From Takakia lepidozioides (Eukaryota; Plantae; Bryophyta): DNA of 64,000 nt. The stretch is from the NCBI GenBank assembly GCA_030704615.1, contig CM060732.1, forward strand, positions 6,324,001-6,388,000, read 5' to 3'. The notes under the pieces are model-generated. The model saw only the letters and a list, made by a program, of their open reading frames with translations, ran no database searches and was not told where the DNA came from. Shown here one piece after another: positions 11,065 through 23,925 of this stretch; positions within the stretch are counted from its first letter, which is position 1, and each line of letters starts with the position of its first letter. The position numbers and the translations under genes were made by a program.

Positions 11065-12573
11065 CAGCATTCTCTTTCAGTTGTGCTATAGTTCTTCTCA
11101 GCACTGTTCATCAACCTGCTAGCATAATACACAGGTGAATCTATGTTTCTTGTAACATTTTGGACTAATACTGCTCCCAATGCTTATCCTGAGGCATCAC
11201 AGTGAACATGAAATACTACATGTCAGTGAGAGTTAATCAGCACAGATGTAGTTGTTACTGACAATGTAAGTTCCTCAAAAGCCTGTTGACATTCAGCTGT
11301 CCATGCAAACACTGCATCTTTCTTCAGAAGCTTGCTCAATGGTGCTGCCATCTGTGCATACCGTCTGACAAATCTTCTGTAATAACTGGTTTGTCCAAGG
11401 AATCTCCTTAGACTCTTAACATTTCCTGGTGGTGGAGAGGCTTTAATGGCCTCTGTCTTTTTGGGATCCACAAGAAGTCCCCTCTTACACACAATGTGTC
11501 CCAAAAGTACCCCTGAGTTCACACAGAAAGTACACTTCTCTGGATTCAGGCCCAGACCTCTCATCCTGCATCTGGCCAAACATAACTCCAATTTATGCAA
11601 GTGCTCATTCTTAGAGCTGTACACACTGAAATCATCCAAGAACACCTGCATGAAATCATCTAGATACTCATGGAAAGATTCACTTATCACTCTCTGAAAG
11701 GTTGCTGGTGCATTACAAAGTCCAAAATGAATGACTTTGTATGCATAAGCACCCCTGTGATGAAAGCTGTCTTTCCCTGGTCTTCTTTTGCCACTTGCAC
11801 TTGGTTATACCCACTGAAGCCATCCATGAATGAGTACATCTCATGGCCTGCCACAGTGTCCAGTACCGCTTCTGTGAATGGCAAAGGGAAATGATCTTTC
11901 TTTGTACAAGCATTCAACTTCTTATAGTTCACACAAACTCTGAGTTTACCATTCTTCTTGGGAACTATCACAATGGGTGACAACCAAGTTGTATACTCTA
12001 TCGGGTATATAAACTTAGCCTCAGCCCACTTCTTGATCTCTTCCCCAACCTTCTGTGCATAGTTGGGATTCATTTTGTACCTCGCCTGTTTGATTGGTAC
12101 TGACCCTGGTTCCAGTTCAATCTTATGCTGACAGATCTCAGGTGGTATCCCTTTCAGATCCTCATAGCTCCAAGCAAATACATCTCTGTATTTGATGAAC
12201 AGACTCTTAGCTTCCTCAATGTTCTGGCTCCAAGTCAGCCCCTACTTTCACCATTCTCGGTTCCTCCTCAGTTCCCACATTCACTTCTCTCACCTGCTCA
12301 TCAGCTGTGATTGTCCAACCAGTCACTACTTCATCCTGCAAACTCACAGTGGCTGGTTCTTCTAGGATTTCCATTTCTCCCTCTAGTCTTTCTTCATAGA
12401 AATGTGGTGGGTAACTGCTTGTTTCACCCTCAATGAATGTTGCTGTCACTACACCACAACAGATACCTTTTAAACAACTTAGGCCCTCCAGTTGCATTTC
12501 TGCAACCTGCTCCCACTCTGGGTGTGCAACGAACAGGGTAGCTTCCTGCTCCTCATCAAGTCCTCTCCTCCAG
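11065..12573 (-). mobile_element. Non-chromoviral Ty3/gypsy pol fragment (RT and start of RNase H), degenerate
   Basis: WLSPIVIVPKKNGKLRVCVNY, MDGFSGYNQ, VFLDDF, YYASRLMNSAEKNYSTTEREC; frameshifted. Confidence 0.92.
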
Positions 12574-14530
12574 TCCGCGTACTTAGCCGTCTATGCCTGT
12601 GGCTCGGGTAGTGTACGTCCATCACTACCCAGTATGTCCCGTTGCAACCCTCGTTGTCTGTCCCTCGTAGCATAGCCGTTATCATTTATTCCCCCCCCCT
12701 CTTTTGAAATTGTGTCCGCACAATTTTGTCAGTTCATGTACTTGTTGTATCTGTTGGGGATATAAGGTGGTGGCATGCCTGTCTGCAAGGTAGGAAGTGC
12801 GTCCCAGGATTGTCGTGGTGGCAGCTTCTTGTTCCTGTTATCGTCACTGTCTAGTTGTTCCTCTGGTTCGTGAGTAGGCCAGCTTTCTTCATCAGGGTGT
12901 TCTGCTATCCCATCCCCAAGTACCATATCGATTTTGTTGGTCAAGTTTTCGCGGTAGGTTTACAGCTCCTCCTTGGTCCAGGGTATAATGTGTTTTGTTG
13001 CCCTGCTGCCCATTAACCAATTAACAGCTTGGACCCCTGTTTCTCTGAAAGGGTGGTCTCTGTCCAATACCAATGGTGAGAAGTGGTCCTTCGCCTGGCG
13101 CCATGCTTCAGCATAAAGTGGCCTATTCATATATGCTGAAGTGCCTGTGATTCTCTCTGGTGGCTGGAATTTGGGTAATTCCCAGTGAGTATCTTTTTCA
13201 ATACTCTCATAGCGCTGCCAGCTTCCCCTCATTGTCACGAACGTGCGGTACAAGTAACTGCCAATATAAAAACTTGGGCATCCCATCACAATGGTTACTG
13301 CCGGGGTAGGATTAATCTTCAATTGCCCCATTGCCCACATGTAAGCTACCAGCTCCTTGTATTCCAGAGGAGCTTGGCGCCAGAATTCAACCAATTCTAC
13401 CCCTGACCATGTCTCCTCCTTAGCCAGTGGTCTCATCCCATATCTCAAAGGAATAAGAGTTTGATTGAGAAGATGCAATTGACCCAATGATTTGCAGGGA
13501 GTTAAGGTTTTGAAAACCTTCTCCAGTTTTTTTGGGATTTGGTGGGCTGGTTCTACCATCATTTTAAAGTATTCCTCTGAATACTTTAACCACTCCCCAT
13601 CCTGCTTGCATGGCATGATTTGGAAATCATCCACTGCTACTGAAGTTGATGCTACCAGGACACTTGGTAGTGTTACAGGGTTTACCTCTTGAGTCGATGG
13701 CCCTGTTGTGGCCTGTACCAGTGTCTGTTGCTTTGGTGGTGGTTGTGTTGCTGGTGGTGTTTGTGTTGGTGTTGTTGTTGTTGATTGTATTGGTGTCTCT
13801 CGTTCGTGATCTTGCTCCTCTTGATCCTCTTCGTCCATGAGTTCCTCTTGTTCTGGAATTGGTGGCAGGAACTCCTCATGAATGTCTGTTACCAATTTCG
13901 CCAACTGACACTTCATCTGCCTCACCATTGCCCTGTACCGTGCTTGCAGTGTCAGCTTCTCCAGCTGTTGCTTCCATTCTTGTTCATTGCCCATGGCAAT
14001 GTCTCTTTCTGTGGTGGCGGAAACAGCCTGCTCTCAGCATTCTCCCTTTGCTTCAGCAGTGCAGTGTTGTTGTTGAGCCACTTGGTTCCCTGATCTCTGG
14101 CAGTCCTCAGCTACCCCTTGAGTGTCTCCACCTGCCGCTTTAATGTTTGCACCTGCCCTGTGAGTGTTTCCACCCCTATCTCTGTTTTCCGAGATCTCTC
14201 TCGCTCTGCATCGAGGTCGGCTTGGACATGGCGTGTTTTGTCTCTCTGTCTTTCCCACTTTTGCTCCCACTCATCTTTGCGTTGTGCCAATGTGTTGTAT
14301 TGGCGGAGTAAGGTTGACTTTTGATCTTCTAATGCTGCAATTGTAACCTCATGGTTACATACTGTTCTTGCAGTGGCCAATTCCCTCTGGTGCTTCTCTT
14401 TGATGTGGTCTAAGATCATATTCAGGTTTTCCGGGCTGATGTAATCCTTGGCCATGTCCATACAAACTGTTAGTTGCCCCAATGCTTGTATTGCCTGCAG
14501 AATGACATTTTGTGGTGCTTCCTCCAACCC
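12574..14530 (-). mobile_element. 3' region of a gypsy element: accessory ORFs, polypurine tract and first ~110 bp of the 3' LTR
   Basis: Coiled-coil ORF 14111-14527 and ORF 12960-13994, homologous to 18392-19988. On the minus strand, PPT AAAAGAGGGGGGGGGAATAAA (12685-12705) is followed by TGATAACGG at 12684. 12574-12684 matches 33073-33182. Confidence 0.85.
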
Positions 14531-14537
14531 TGTGTCC

Positions 14538-16100
14538 CAGGCTCTGATTTATCTGGTGAACAAGCCTTTGATAAGTGGAAGGATAACAAGATGGTTAATA
14601 ATCTTGCACGAGTTTGAGTTCGAAGTTGTTTACAAGCCTGGCCGTTTGCATCTTGTGGCAAATCACTTGTCACGCCTATCAACAGGAGAGCCCGCCACAG
14701 GAGTAGACGACCAACTACCTGATGCGAGTTTATTTGCAGTGGAGGTGTAGGGAAGTGCAGATGATTGGTTAGATTGGCAGTGGCCAATCAGATACTACCT
14801 TACTCATGGTCAATGCCCACCTAGTTATGGGAAGGAGCAGAGGAAGAGAATAGCTATCAAGGCTTTACCTTACACTATGATAGGGGGCAGAATGTATAAG
14901 CTAGGACCGATGGAGTACTTAAACGATGCTTGTACCACCATGAAGTAAATAAAGTTTTGGAGGAAGTTCATAAAGGAGTGGCTGGAGGTCATTTTGGAGA
15001 AGAGACTACCAGTAGAAAGATACTACTTGCAGGTTACTGGTGGTCTACATTGTTCGAGGATGTACACAAGTATTGCAAGAGTTGTGATGAGTGTCAGAGG
15101 CTAGGACCATTGCAGAGATCTGGGAAGATGACTTTGCATCCTACGATGCCTACTGAACCATTTCAGAAATGGGGACTAGACTTTGTTGGACCAATTAACC
15201 CACCAGCCATAAATACACAGAACAAGTATATAATCACAGCCACTGATTATACTACAAAGTGGGTGGAAGCTAAAGCTCTGAGGGACAACACAGCTAAGTC
15301 CACAGCAAGGTTCTTGTATGAGAACATACTTACAAGATTTGGCTGTCAAATGGAATTTATCAATGACCAGGGAAGTCACTTCATTAATGAGACCATAGAA
15401 CTATTGACTAAAGAATTCATGATTGTGCATAGGAAGAGTACAACCTATTACCCACAAGGTAATGGGCAGGCAGAAGCCACCAACAAAATACTATGTACTA
15501 TCTTGGCTAAGATAGTCAATGCGAACAGAACAGATTGGGATACAAAGCTGCTGACAGCTTTGTGGTCATACAAGACTTCATATAAAGTCACCACTAAGTG
15601 TACACCATTCCAATTAGTTTATGGTATGGAAGCTTTACTTCCAGTGGAATTCTTGTTACCTACCATGAGAACTGAATGGAGAAGGAGAATGGAATTGGAA
15701 GATTCAATTAAGGTCAGGAAACATGAATTATACCATGTGGAAGAAGTACGTGCTGATGTAGCGGATAACATGACCAGAATTCAGATGAAGAGGAAGGATC
15801 AGTTTGATGAAGGTAAATTAAAGACTTTTAAGACGGGAGATTTGGTACTGTGGTTGCAGAAGAAGGGAAAGATTAAAGCTTCTAAGCTTAAATCACCATG
15901 GAATGGACCTTATGTCATACAGAAGATGTATGATAATAACACCGCCATGTTACAAACCATTAACAAAGAAATGTTGGGAAGAGTCAATGCCAATAAGTTG
16001 AAGGGATATAGTGGTATCCATGACAAACCATTGCACCACGATTTGCACGTTGAAACACAAAAACAGTCACAGGCTGCGCCGGTGATACCAACGGAGTATG
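14538..16100 (+). mobile_element. Gypsy RNase H end and integrase (degenerate)
   Basis: QALIYLVNKP..GRITRW..HLSRL; H-H-C-C Zn finger; KWGLDFVGP, INDQGSHF, QGNGQAEATNK, GPY motif. No extra RNase H or chromodomain seen. Confidence 0.93.
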
Positions 16101-16162
16101 GAGCACTTGTCATTAAGCCGAGCGTGTATGGCCAGGGCAAGAAGTACAGGTGTTCACATAGC

Positions 16163-16305
16163 TATCACAGCCCACCACAGTATCACACAGTTTATCACAG
16201 CCCACCACAGTGTCACACAGCCTATCACAGCCCACCACAGTGTCACACAACCTATCACAGCTCATTACAATCTGACACAGCCTGTCACAGCCCAACACAG
16301 CCCAC
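16163..16305 (+). repeat. 30-bp tandem repeat (~5 units) downstream of integrase
   Basis: Units like tatcacagcccaccacagtgtcacacagcc (YHSPPQCHTA). Confidence 0.85.
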
Positions 16306-17086
16306 GCAGGTTACACAGTCCATAGGGTCAGTGACAGGTGGACGGGGGTTAACGTCAGAAAAGTGGCCGACAAATGAAAGGACAGCTTGGAAGTCCAACT
16401 CGGAGAATGTGCCACGCGGACAGGGGAAGACGGAGGCATGTCTAAAAACGAACACGTGGCCCCTAGGGCGAAGCACACCGCAGAGCATATATTGCAAAAG
16501 AGGGTATCATTATGCAAGAGGACAAACCGGGCCGTCAAAGTACCACCTGGTACATCAACCAAAACTAATTGTGGGCCCATTAATGCGTTCAGGGCAGAGA
16601 TTATGGAACCCTTTACGAGTACATAAAAGGGGGACTTTTGCCACATTTGCTGTCCTAATGGACATTCCAGGTGGGTATGTCCACTGAGGGGGGTAAAATT
16701 AAGAAGTTTCCTAAGGAGGCAACAGCCAATCAGGAGCGAGAATTTCATGTAGGTGGTTCCCTCCAAGAAACAAGAACGAGAAATTGGAAGAGTTATGAGC
16801 GGAAGAGTCGGGGTGGCTCCAAATAGCCAGTGTCTCGACGGGAGGGCAATCAAAGCTATAGCTTTGTAGCTATGGAGGATATTACAGATTATACGCTCGC
16901 TTTACTTCTTACGTAGTGGCACAAGGACGGACGGGTTGAGAGTACATTCTCTCTCACTCGATACTTGCAAGCTCCGCAGGCTTACACGCACTTGCCCGTT
17001 CCTTTCTGTGCCAACCATACTTTTATGCTCTACGCCTTGCAAGCTTTCCTAGAGCTATTTCAAACAAGGCCTTCTTGTTTGTCTGG

Positions 17087-20000
17087 GATGAAGAGAGTAA
17101 GGGGAATGGAGGATATCAGGGTGAAGAGCACCACGATTCTGCAGAAGCAAACCATTGCTACACCACAGGCAGTGCAGCTGCTAAAGGAGTTGCGATTGGA
17201 AGGGCTGCTACGCAAGAACTGGTCCCTGCATCATCGGAAGTATATGATACAATTCATTCAGAACTTTGATCCTCAGACAGGAGTTACACAAGTGAGGGGA
17301 GTAGATATAGAGATTATTCCCCATTATTTGCAGCAATTGTTTGAATTGCCATCAGGCCGTGTGAATGTGGATGAGCACAGGGCAAGATTGCAGATAGGCA
17401 ATTTGTTCCGAAAATGGAGTTTCTTTAAGACTTGGGGATACACTTGCACCAAGGCCGAGTACCCAGGGTTAAAAGAAGTTGGTCAGGTTCTGAACGTTCT
17501 GCTTGCCATGAAACAAAACCAACAATACCTTAGCAGATCATTCACGGAGGAGATACTAAAAGCCTTGAGGGGGAAGATGTGGCTTGGGCGGACTTAATGT
17601 ACAATGGTTTGGTGGAAGAGATGAAGCGGTTACACGGCACTGCTGCTAAGTCTCCAATCGTTGTGTCTGGCCCAGTGATTGCGCAAATTATTCTTGATTC
17701 TTGATGCGCGAGAACGTAAGGATATGGGAGTGTTTGAGGCAGCAACCACTGCAATTGAGGAGCAGGGCTCTTCACATGGTGAAGGTGGACTGGAGGGGCA
17801 ACACCAGTCTAAGAGATAGAAGCGAAATATGACTGTAGTGGCAGATCCACTAACTTCAAGGAAACCGCAAGATGATGTTTCCATAGCTCTTGTGCAGGAT
17901 GGGGCACAACAGCACAGAGGGCTGTTATTACTGGAAGCACGACCTTTGGAGAGGGAAGAAGAAGTCACTTTGGTACCACAACCATCACAGCCAGTTGAAT
18001 CGGTTGTCTCAGAGGTTCCTCAGTTAGTACATGCTGTTGCACCAGAGCCTATTGCTCTGGAAGGAGAAGGGTTGGACATTCCCACTACAGAGCAGGTTGT
18101 GGCAGAAATTGAGAAGGGTGACCTTCTCTATGAAAACTCTGGCTTGGTCAGGGAATCAGTGGTACCAGAGGTGCAGAGTCTGTCTAGGGAAATCCATGCT
18201 GTGCATGTAATACCCAAACCTGTGGCGGAGGTACCAGGGTAGAATGTAAGGGCACTGCAGCACCTGTGGAGGATGAGGTGGTTCAGGAAGAGGATCTAGT
18301 GGGAACATGGCCTGAATGGTTGGTGAAACATCACACTGTGGAGGATCAGGGAGAACAACAACAAGTTCACCATGAAGACCCACAGTAGGCCATGCTTATG
18401 AGTTCCATAAGCAGGACACTCAATTTGTTGGGCACTTATGTGAAATCCCATGTTCCATCTACACAATTGGCAGCTTTGAGGGAGGAACTCAAGAAGGAGT
18501 TTGAGGCTAGAATTGCCACCGAGTGTGCAAACAAGGTAGATGAAGAGGCCAACCTCAAGTTGCAAAAAGAATTGGAGGACACAAAGGCTGCCTTGCAGTT
18601 GGCTAAGGAGAATTTGATTGAAGCAGGTCTCGAGCAGGAGAAGTTGCATAAAGTACATAAGCAACAGCCATACCAATTGCAGGTGAAGCACGAGGGCAAG
18701 TTGCAGGAAGTGACCGTGCTACATACAGAGTTGGAGGCAGTTCATCAGAGAATGACCATCCAATGTGCCACACTAACAACTGCTCTGGACCAAACTGCAT
18801 TAGAAGTTAACAGACAAGCAGAGAGGTGTATGATGGCAGAGGCTGAGACAGTAGAGCAAGGGAAATTCATTGCTGATTTGCAGGCTACTATCAGTTGCAA
18901 TGAGAATACTTTCAAACAGTACAGTCAGGTTGACGCTGAGAAGGAAAGGTACATTGTAACGTTGCAGCAAACACTCATGGCCCACAAGAATGAACTCTCT
19001 GTGGCTAACAAGGCTTGAAAGGAAACCAATAATATGGCTGTTGTCTATGCGGCCCTGGTTGAACCTCATGTGAAGCGCATGGAGGCTCATGGCTACTTAT
19101 TTGCAGGCCAGGGCTTTGGTTTTCCAATCTTCTTCGCAGGAGTTGTCATTAGTAGGAGGGGCAGTGGCAACAATATCACAGCCCCCACAGCAGGTGGCTG
19201 ACACTGTTGATACCATGGCAAAGCCACAGCCTGAGGTTTGGGGGGATGCTACTTTTAACCCACCTAGGACTCTTGCTGCACTTGAGTACAATCGGGCTAT
19301 GATTATGCCCTTCAACCAAATTCCCATTGTGATGGATTTGGCATGGAAGGAATTCAGTCCTCCACAGTCGTTGGCACATTATTACCAAATCATGCGCATT
19401 TGGTTGCGAGTGGCAACTCGGACTAAGGTTCTTCCGAACAATCGACCCATTGAGGATCATCATTTTGCAAGGTACTGGTCTGAGGCAGGCACCATGCTGA
19501 AGGAATTAATTGCCTTCCAGGTTGTCCATGGATATATCTACACCAAGACCAAGGAGGTATCTAGTATTGTCATGGGCTGTGGACTATGCTGCTTGTTTCA
19601 TGGCACGTATCACATTGAGCAGTAGAAGATGCAATCACGATTTCTGAGTTATTCCAGTGGGGATCATTGGGTTTTACCTTCAGTTCCACCTCATATGTAT
19701 CTATATGATGCAAAAGTCATGATGCAGAAGGATTCACAACTTCGTTCATGGTTTAATTTGGCTTGGAATAACTTGGCAAATGAGAAATTGGGCCCTGATG
19801 ATATTTTCTATAAGGGACATGAAGCCTGGAAATACTTACACTGTTCCAAAGTCATTGGCACACCTCTCACCTATACAGCTAAGGAGTTCAGGCAGTTCAC
19901 TCATTTTGCTTGCACGCGCTTACAACAAGTCGTACAGTTTAAGCTTCCAGACATGGTGGGCCAACACTATATGCAACAGGATTCCTGAGGAGCAACTTAA

Positions 20001-20120
20001 AGTTCGGCCACTAAAACATCTTAGGGGGGAAGATGATTCTGATACTACTGGTTCAGTGGAGGGTGATTTTGACATGGTGGAAGAGTATGAATTAGCGACG
20101 GGGATCTCCTATACCACAAC
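17087..20120 (+). mobile_element. Gypsy accessory ORF region (PMD/plant-transposon-like domain, acidic linker, coiled coil, aromatic-rich domain), disrupted
   Basis: ORFs 16965-17597, 17829-18242, 18392-19018, 19089-19625 and 19629-19988 are co-oriented with the integrase; homologues at 12960-14527 and 30750-31260. Confidence 0.7.
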
Positions 20121-20122
20121 AT

Positions 20123-23061
20123 TTACCTTTTTCTCAAGCTAACACAGGACACACGACAAAACTCTGTGGGGCAAAACCAAAAAACTTGCAGTTTTGGTTC
20201 TTTCATGTTCGGTGCTAGTAACTTGCCAGTGAAGCAAGGTGCAGGACTTCCTTTACCTTTCCTGATGAGCGCTTTGCATTTATCTTTGGAGACTCCAACC
20301 AAGGCTGAACAACGAACCATGGAAGCAGGACCTGTCCGCTGAATCCTGAACAATGCATCGGAAAAATCTTGTGTCTCTCTCACTGGATTTCCCCATTGCA
20401 TTGGCTGAGGAGGGATAGCAACATGTGGATTTGTCTCACAGAAAGTCGAAGAACCAGGAATGTCATGATTTGATTTGGAGCTGACAAACCTAGATGGCTG
20501 GTGTGGACTGGGCATCCCAGTGGCGCGCACTGGAACGGTCTTTACATTCATATCACACCTCCAAGATTTGTTTGGCCCACCATGCTCATCGCCTAACTTG
20601 TGTTTGACTGGAACAGTGCGATTGTCTCCCTCCAATTGAACCCCTCTTGTGTGCATGGGTGTTCCAGCTACTATGCCACGTACAACCTTACCCATTTTTG
20701 CTGGGCTATTAGATCTAGCTGCTTGACGCAACATGAGCTCCTCTTTGTCGAGCCCCGTCCCCCATGTCTTTCCTATGGTGTGCTTGTAAAATGTTGCCTG
20801 CTGCAAAAGAGCTCGTGACATGTCATGCATGGTGGCCTCATATAGATCCACCTTCATTTTTTTCCCATTGCCTGCTGTCTTCCACCAAGCAGAATGGACT
20901 GCCTCAGACAAATTAGTGGTAGGCATATCTGCATCTGCCTCCACATCCATGTCCTCTCTCATCCATTGGCCCCACATTCGATATCTGTAGTGCCACCATG
21001 CAAGCCATGAATCCAGTTTTGGCAAACTCTTTTCTGTGCATGCTCCTGAAGAGAGCCACCAAGCCCGAATTGCAATGTATGTGGTTGTAGCATCCTCCAA
21101 GGTAGCACTATCTTTCCATTCATAACAGAGCTGAGTGTGCCTTTCACGGAAGTCCTCCAAGATGTAGTCGTTGGTGTGTCTTCGGAGGCTTTCAGCCCAA
21201 TGATATAAACATGTTCTTTCTTTACCTTCCATTGGGACATTGGGATCAGATCCATAAACTCTTCGAACAGCAGCCCAATTCGCTCCTGCTGCATCCGCCA
21301 TGAAGCCAACAAAATTTGGTTTGTTCAAGCCAGCAAGTTTTGCTTGTTCATTGATCATCTCCCAGAATAACACTTGAGCATCTGCATCCTCTATTTTCAT
21401 ATCGCAAATGGCAATGGTCATCATTCGCTTGACATATGGTTCATAGACATGACACGCAAGAGTTGTCCAATCCTTGATGCGTTTGACATGGTCAAATACT
21501 ACCCAACTTGTGCGTAGATCCCCCTCACTCATGCGACGCACAAGATCAACACCACTCCCGGGACCAGCAACATACATCTTGAAAACATGGGGGAGATGAG
21601 AAGTATGTTGGCCTGGAAGGAGATTGTTGTGAATGAAATGGTATGTACTCAGACGCTTCAATTCCAATATGGACATGATGGAATTGACACGTGCAGATGC
21701 GACCTTGTTTTTCACATTGGGGCTACAAACATGGGCAAACTCTTCAAGAATGTCTTCCAAAGCCTCTCCCTCAAGACGCACTGTCTCTGTGCCATCAGCC
21801 ACAAGAACTCGATCAATCAAGAGCTTCTGGGCCATTGACAAGGAAATAGCTCCCGGGGTCGACCATGGCTTCATCTTAACATGCTCTTGAATCATGCTTG
21901 ATGCATTTTCCGCAGCCTCTCTATTCTCGCCCTTGGTACATGGATGGTTATGAAACCCAACGTGAACTGCAACACGTGTATATGTTGGAAGGGAACTTGT
22001 GACATAGTACATTCTTGCCCCATAATGCGCCTCACAGAAAGGTCTTTCTTTGCAGAAACTTTACTTGAACTGGTTGAATGGAACTTGGGCTCCTACAATG
22101 AACACCTTGTCTGCATTGTCTTCCCAATAGCGGGCATTCCGTTCTCCTTCTTTCTTGAAGAAGGGGCAAGTGCTGCTTTGACATATGAGCTTTCCAACAC
22201 AAAGAACCTTACTACATTTTACATGATCTGGAACACCAGACATATTATAGGTATTGGTCTTGCACCAAGGATGACCATCAAACTTGCGGTCCATGCCTTG
22301 GAGGGACTGTGAACCACGGTCCGTACGTAGTTTGACCACGGGGGGGAGTTCGTGGATCACTTTTCCATCAAAAGCTCGAGGAAGACACCGAACACGATAC
22401 ACTGGAATGTGACTATAGTCCAAGGTAGAAAGCTCTCATTTTGATCCATTTCTCCGAGTAGTGGCCAAGATACTCAAAATGGACAACACACTAGAAGGAA
22501 ATGCAGATGTAGCCTCCCCTGCTAGTCGTGGAGATGAAGATAAACCCCTCGCAGATTCGCAACATCAGACATGGTGTTGTCCAATGGAGTTTTCCGAGGC
22601 TTCATGTCGTGAAGCAAGACCGTATGAGTAGATGATGAAGGTTGAGATCCACAAAATACACTCTTAGAAACCTCAACACAATCCGAATTATGAGACCCCA
22701 AGCTTGCCAAATCTGCAACCTCCTCCTTCAATTTACAACTCCCATTTGATGCAGTTTGTTTCTTCTTCCTTGCAATAGAAGTGTGTCTTTCATCACGTGA
22801 CTGTGTATAACTCGTACCTGTGACACGGTACTTGGAGAAAGTGTCTGGAAACAACTCCCATCGCTTTTGGCCGTCATTGAAAACTGGAAGCAACACTGTG
22901 GAGGCATCATCATCTCCATCATCCTCCAAAAAAATTGAACCCGAAACAAGTTTGAATCTATTGCATAACCAAGGTTCTGGGATAATGCACTTGTCTCCAT
23001 TGCAAGGATAACGAACCACTTTTGCATCAGGTGGATATGAAAGCAATGCATATTCAGACAT
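20123..23061 (-). pseudogene. Mutator-like transposase copy 2 (GCM-like DBD and complete DDE triad), 3' truncated, with stops and frameshifts
   Basis: MDRKFDGHPWCKT..CVGKLIC, HVGFHNHP, FDHVKRI, FMADAAGA, CLYHW, PTTNLSEAVH. Homologous to 5343-7780 from the N-terminus (RFKLVSGSIFLE versus RFQLQNGSIFLE). Confidence 0.88.
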
Positions 23062-23859
23062 TTGGCAATGCCTTCAAAGTTTGAGAGGAGATGCAAAATG
23101 AACGAAAACGCACATCTTGCAAGACCTTATGCAAATACATTAAATGGCTTACATTACTTCTGTGTATCATCAATCCAGAAGGTCCAAATTTTTTAAGACG
23201 TGCTCCATCCATATTACTCTCTGACAGAAACAACTAAATGGACTATCCCATATTTTTAAGACGACAGCGCCGTTGTTGAGATCTTAGAATCCAATGTATT
23301 GCCTTCTTCTTATGAGCATATGAAACATAAATGCTCTGCATGTTTCCATTTATTATACAACCAATCGTTGATTAATCGTCCAACTATGAACTGACACACT
23401 AGACGGCACAATTTATTTACAATCAAATCCCATGACATGTATGTTGATTTGTTCTTTGATTACTCATGTATGAGCAATGAGTACAAGTATTTGTGGTGAC
23501 AATTGACTCTAAAACCAATAAATTGATTAAGACACCCATAACAAAATGTTCAGTTACTTTATCACTTACTTTATATTGTCTTATGAAGGCGCCGTCACAA
23601 AGTAACATGTCAATCGTACAACCATCTTCTGAGGATCCACGTGTAACCCATGTTGTCCATTAGTGTAATTGGAAAAAATGTCTTGTTTTAAAATGTGTTT
23701 GAAAAAAACCTAGACAAATAGAATTAAATTTTTTAGGCTTGAGTCAAAATAATTTGCAGATTTGAGTCGACGATTGACATGATGGAGCAATTGGTTTCAA
23801 AAAGCACTAACGCCAAAGTGTATAAAAAAAAGTTCACATTTCAGATTTGGCCAATTTGG

Positions 23860-23925
23860 GTCTTCGCCCTCGCCCCGCTTTCCCCCCGCTCTCCTTGGCG
23901 GGCACAGGTTTGAACCCGCGACCTA
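23860..23925 (-). other. tRNA-derived (SINE-like) B-box fragment
   Basis: Minus strand AGGTCGCGGGTTCAAACC resembles a tRNA T-arm; the 5' half is missing. Confidence 0.35.
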
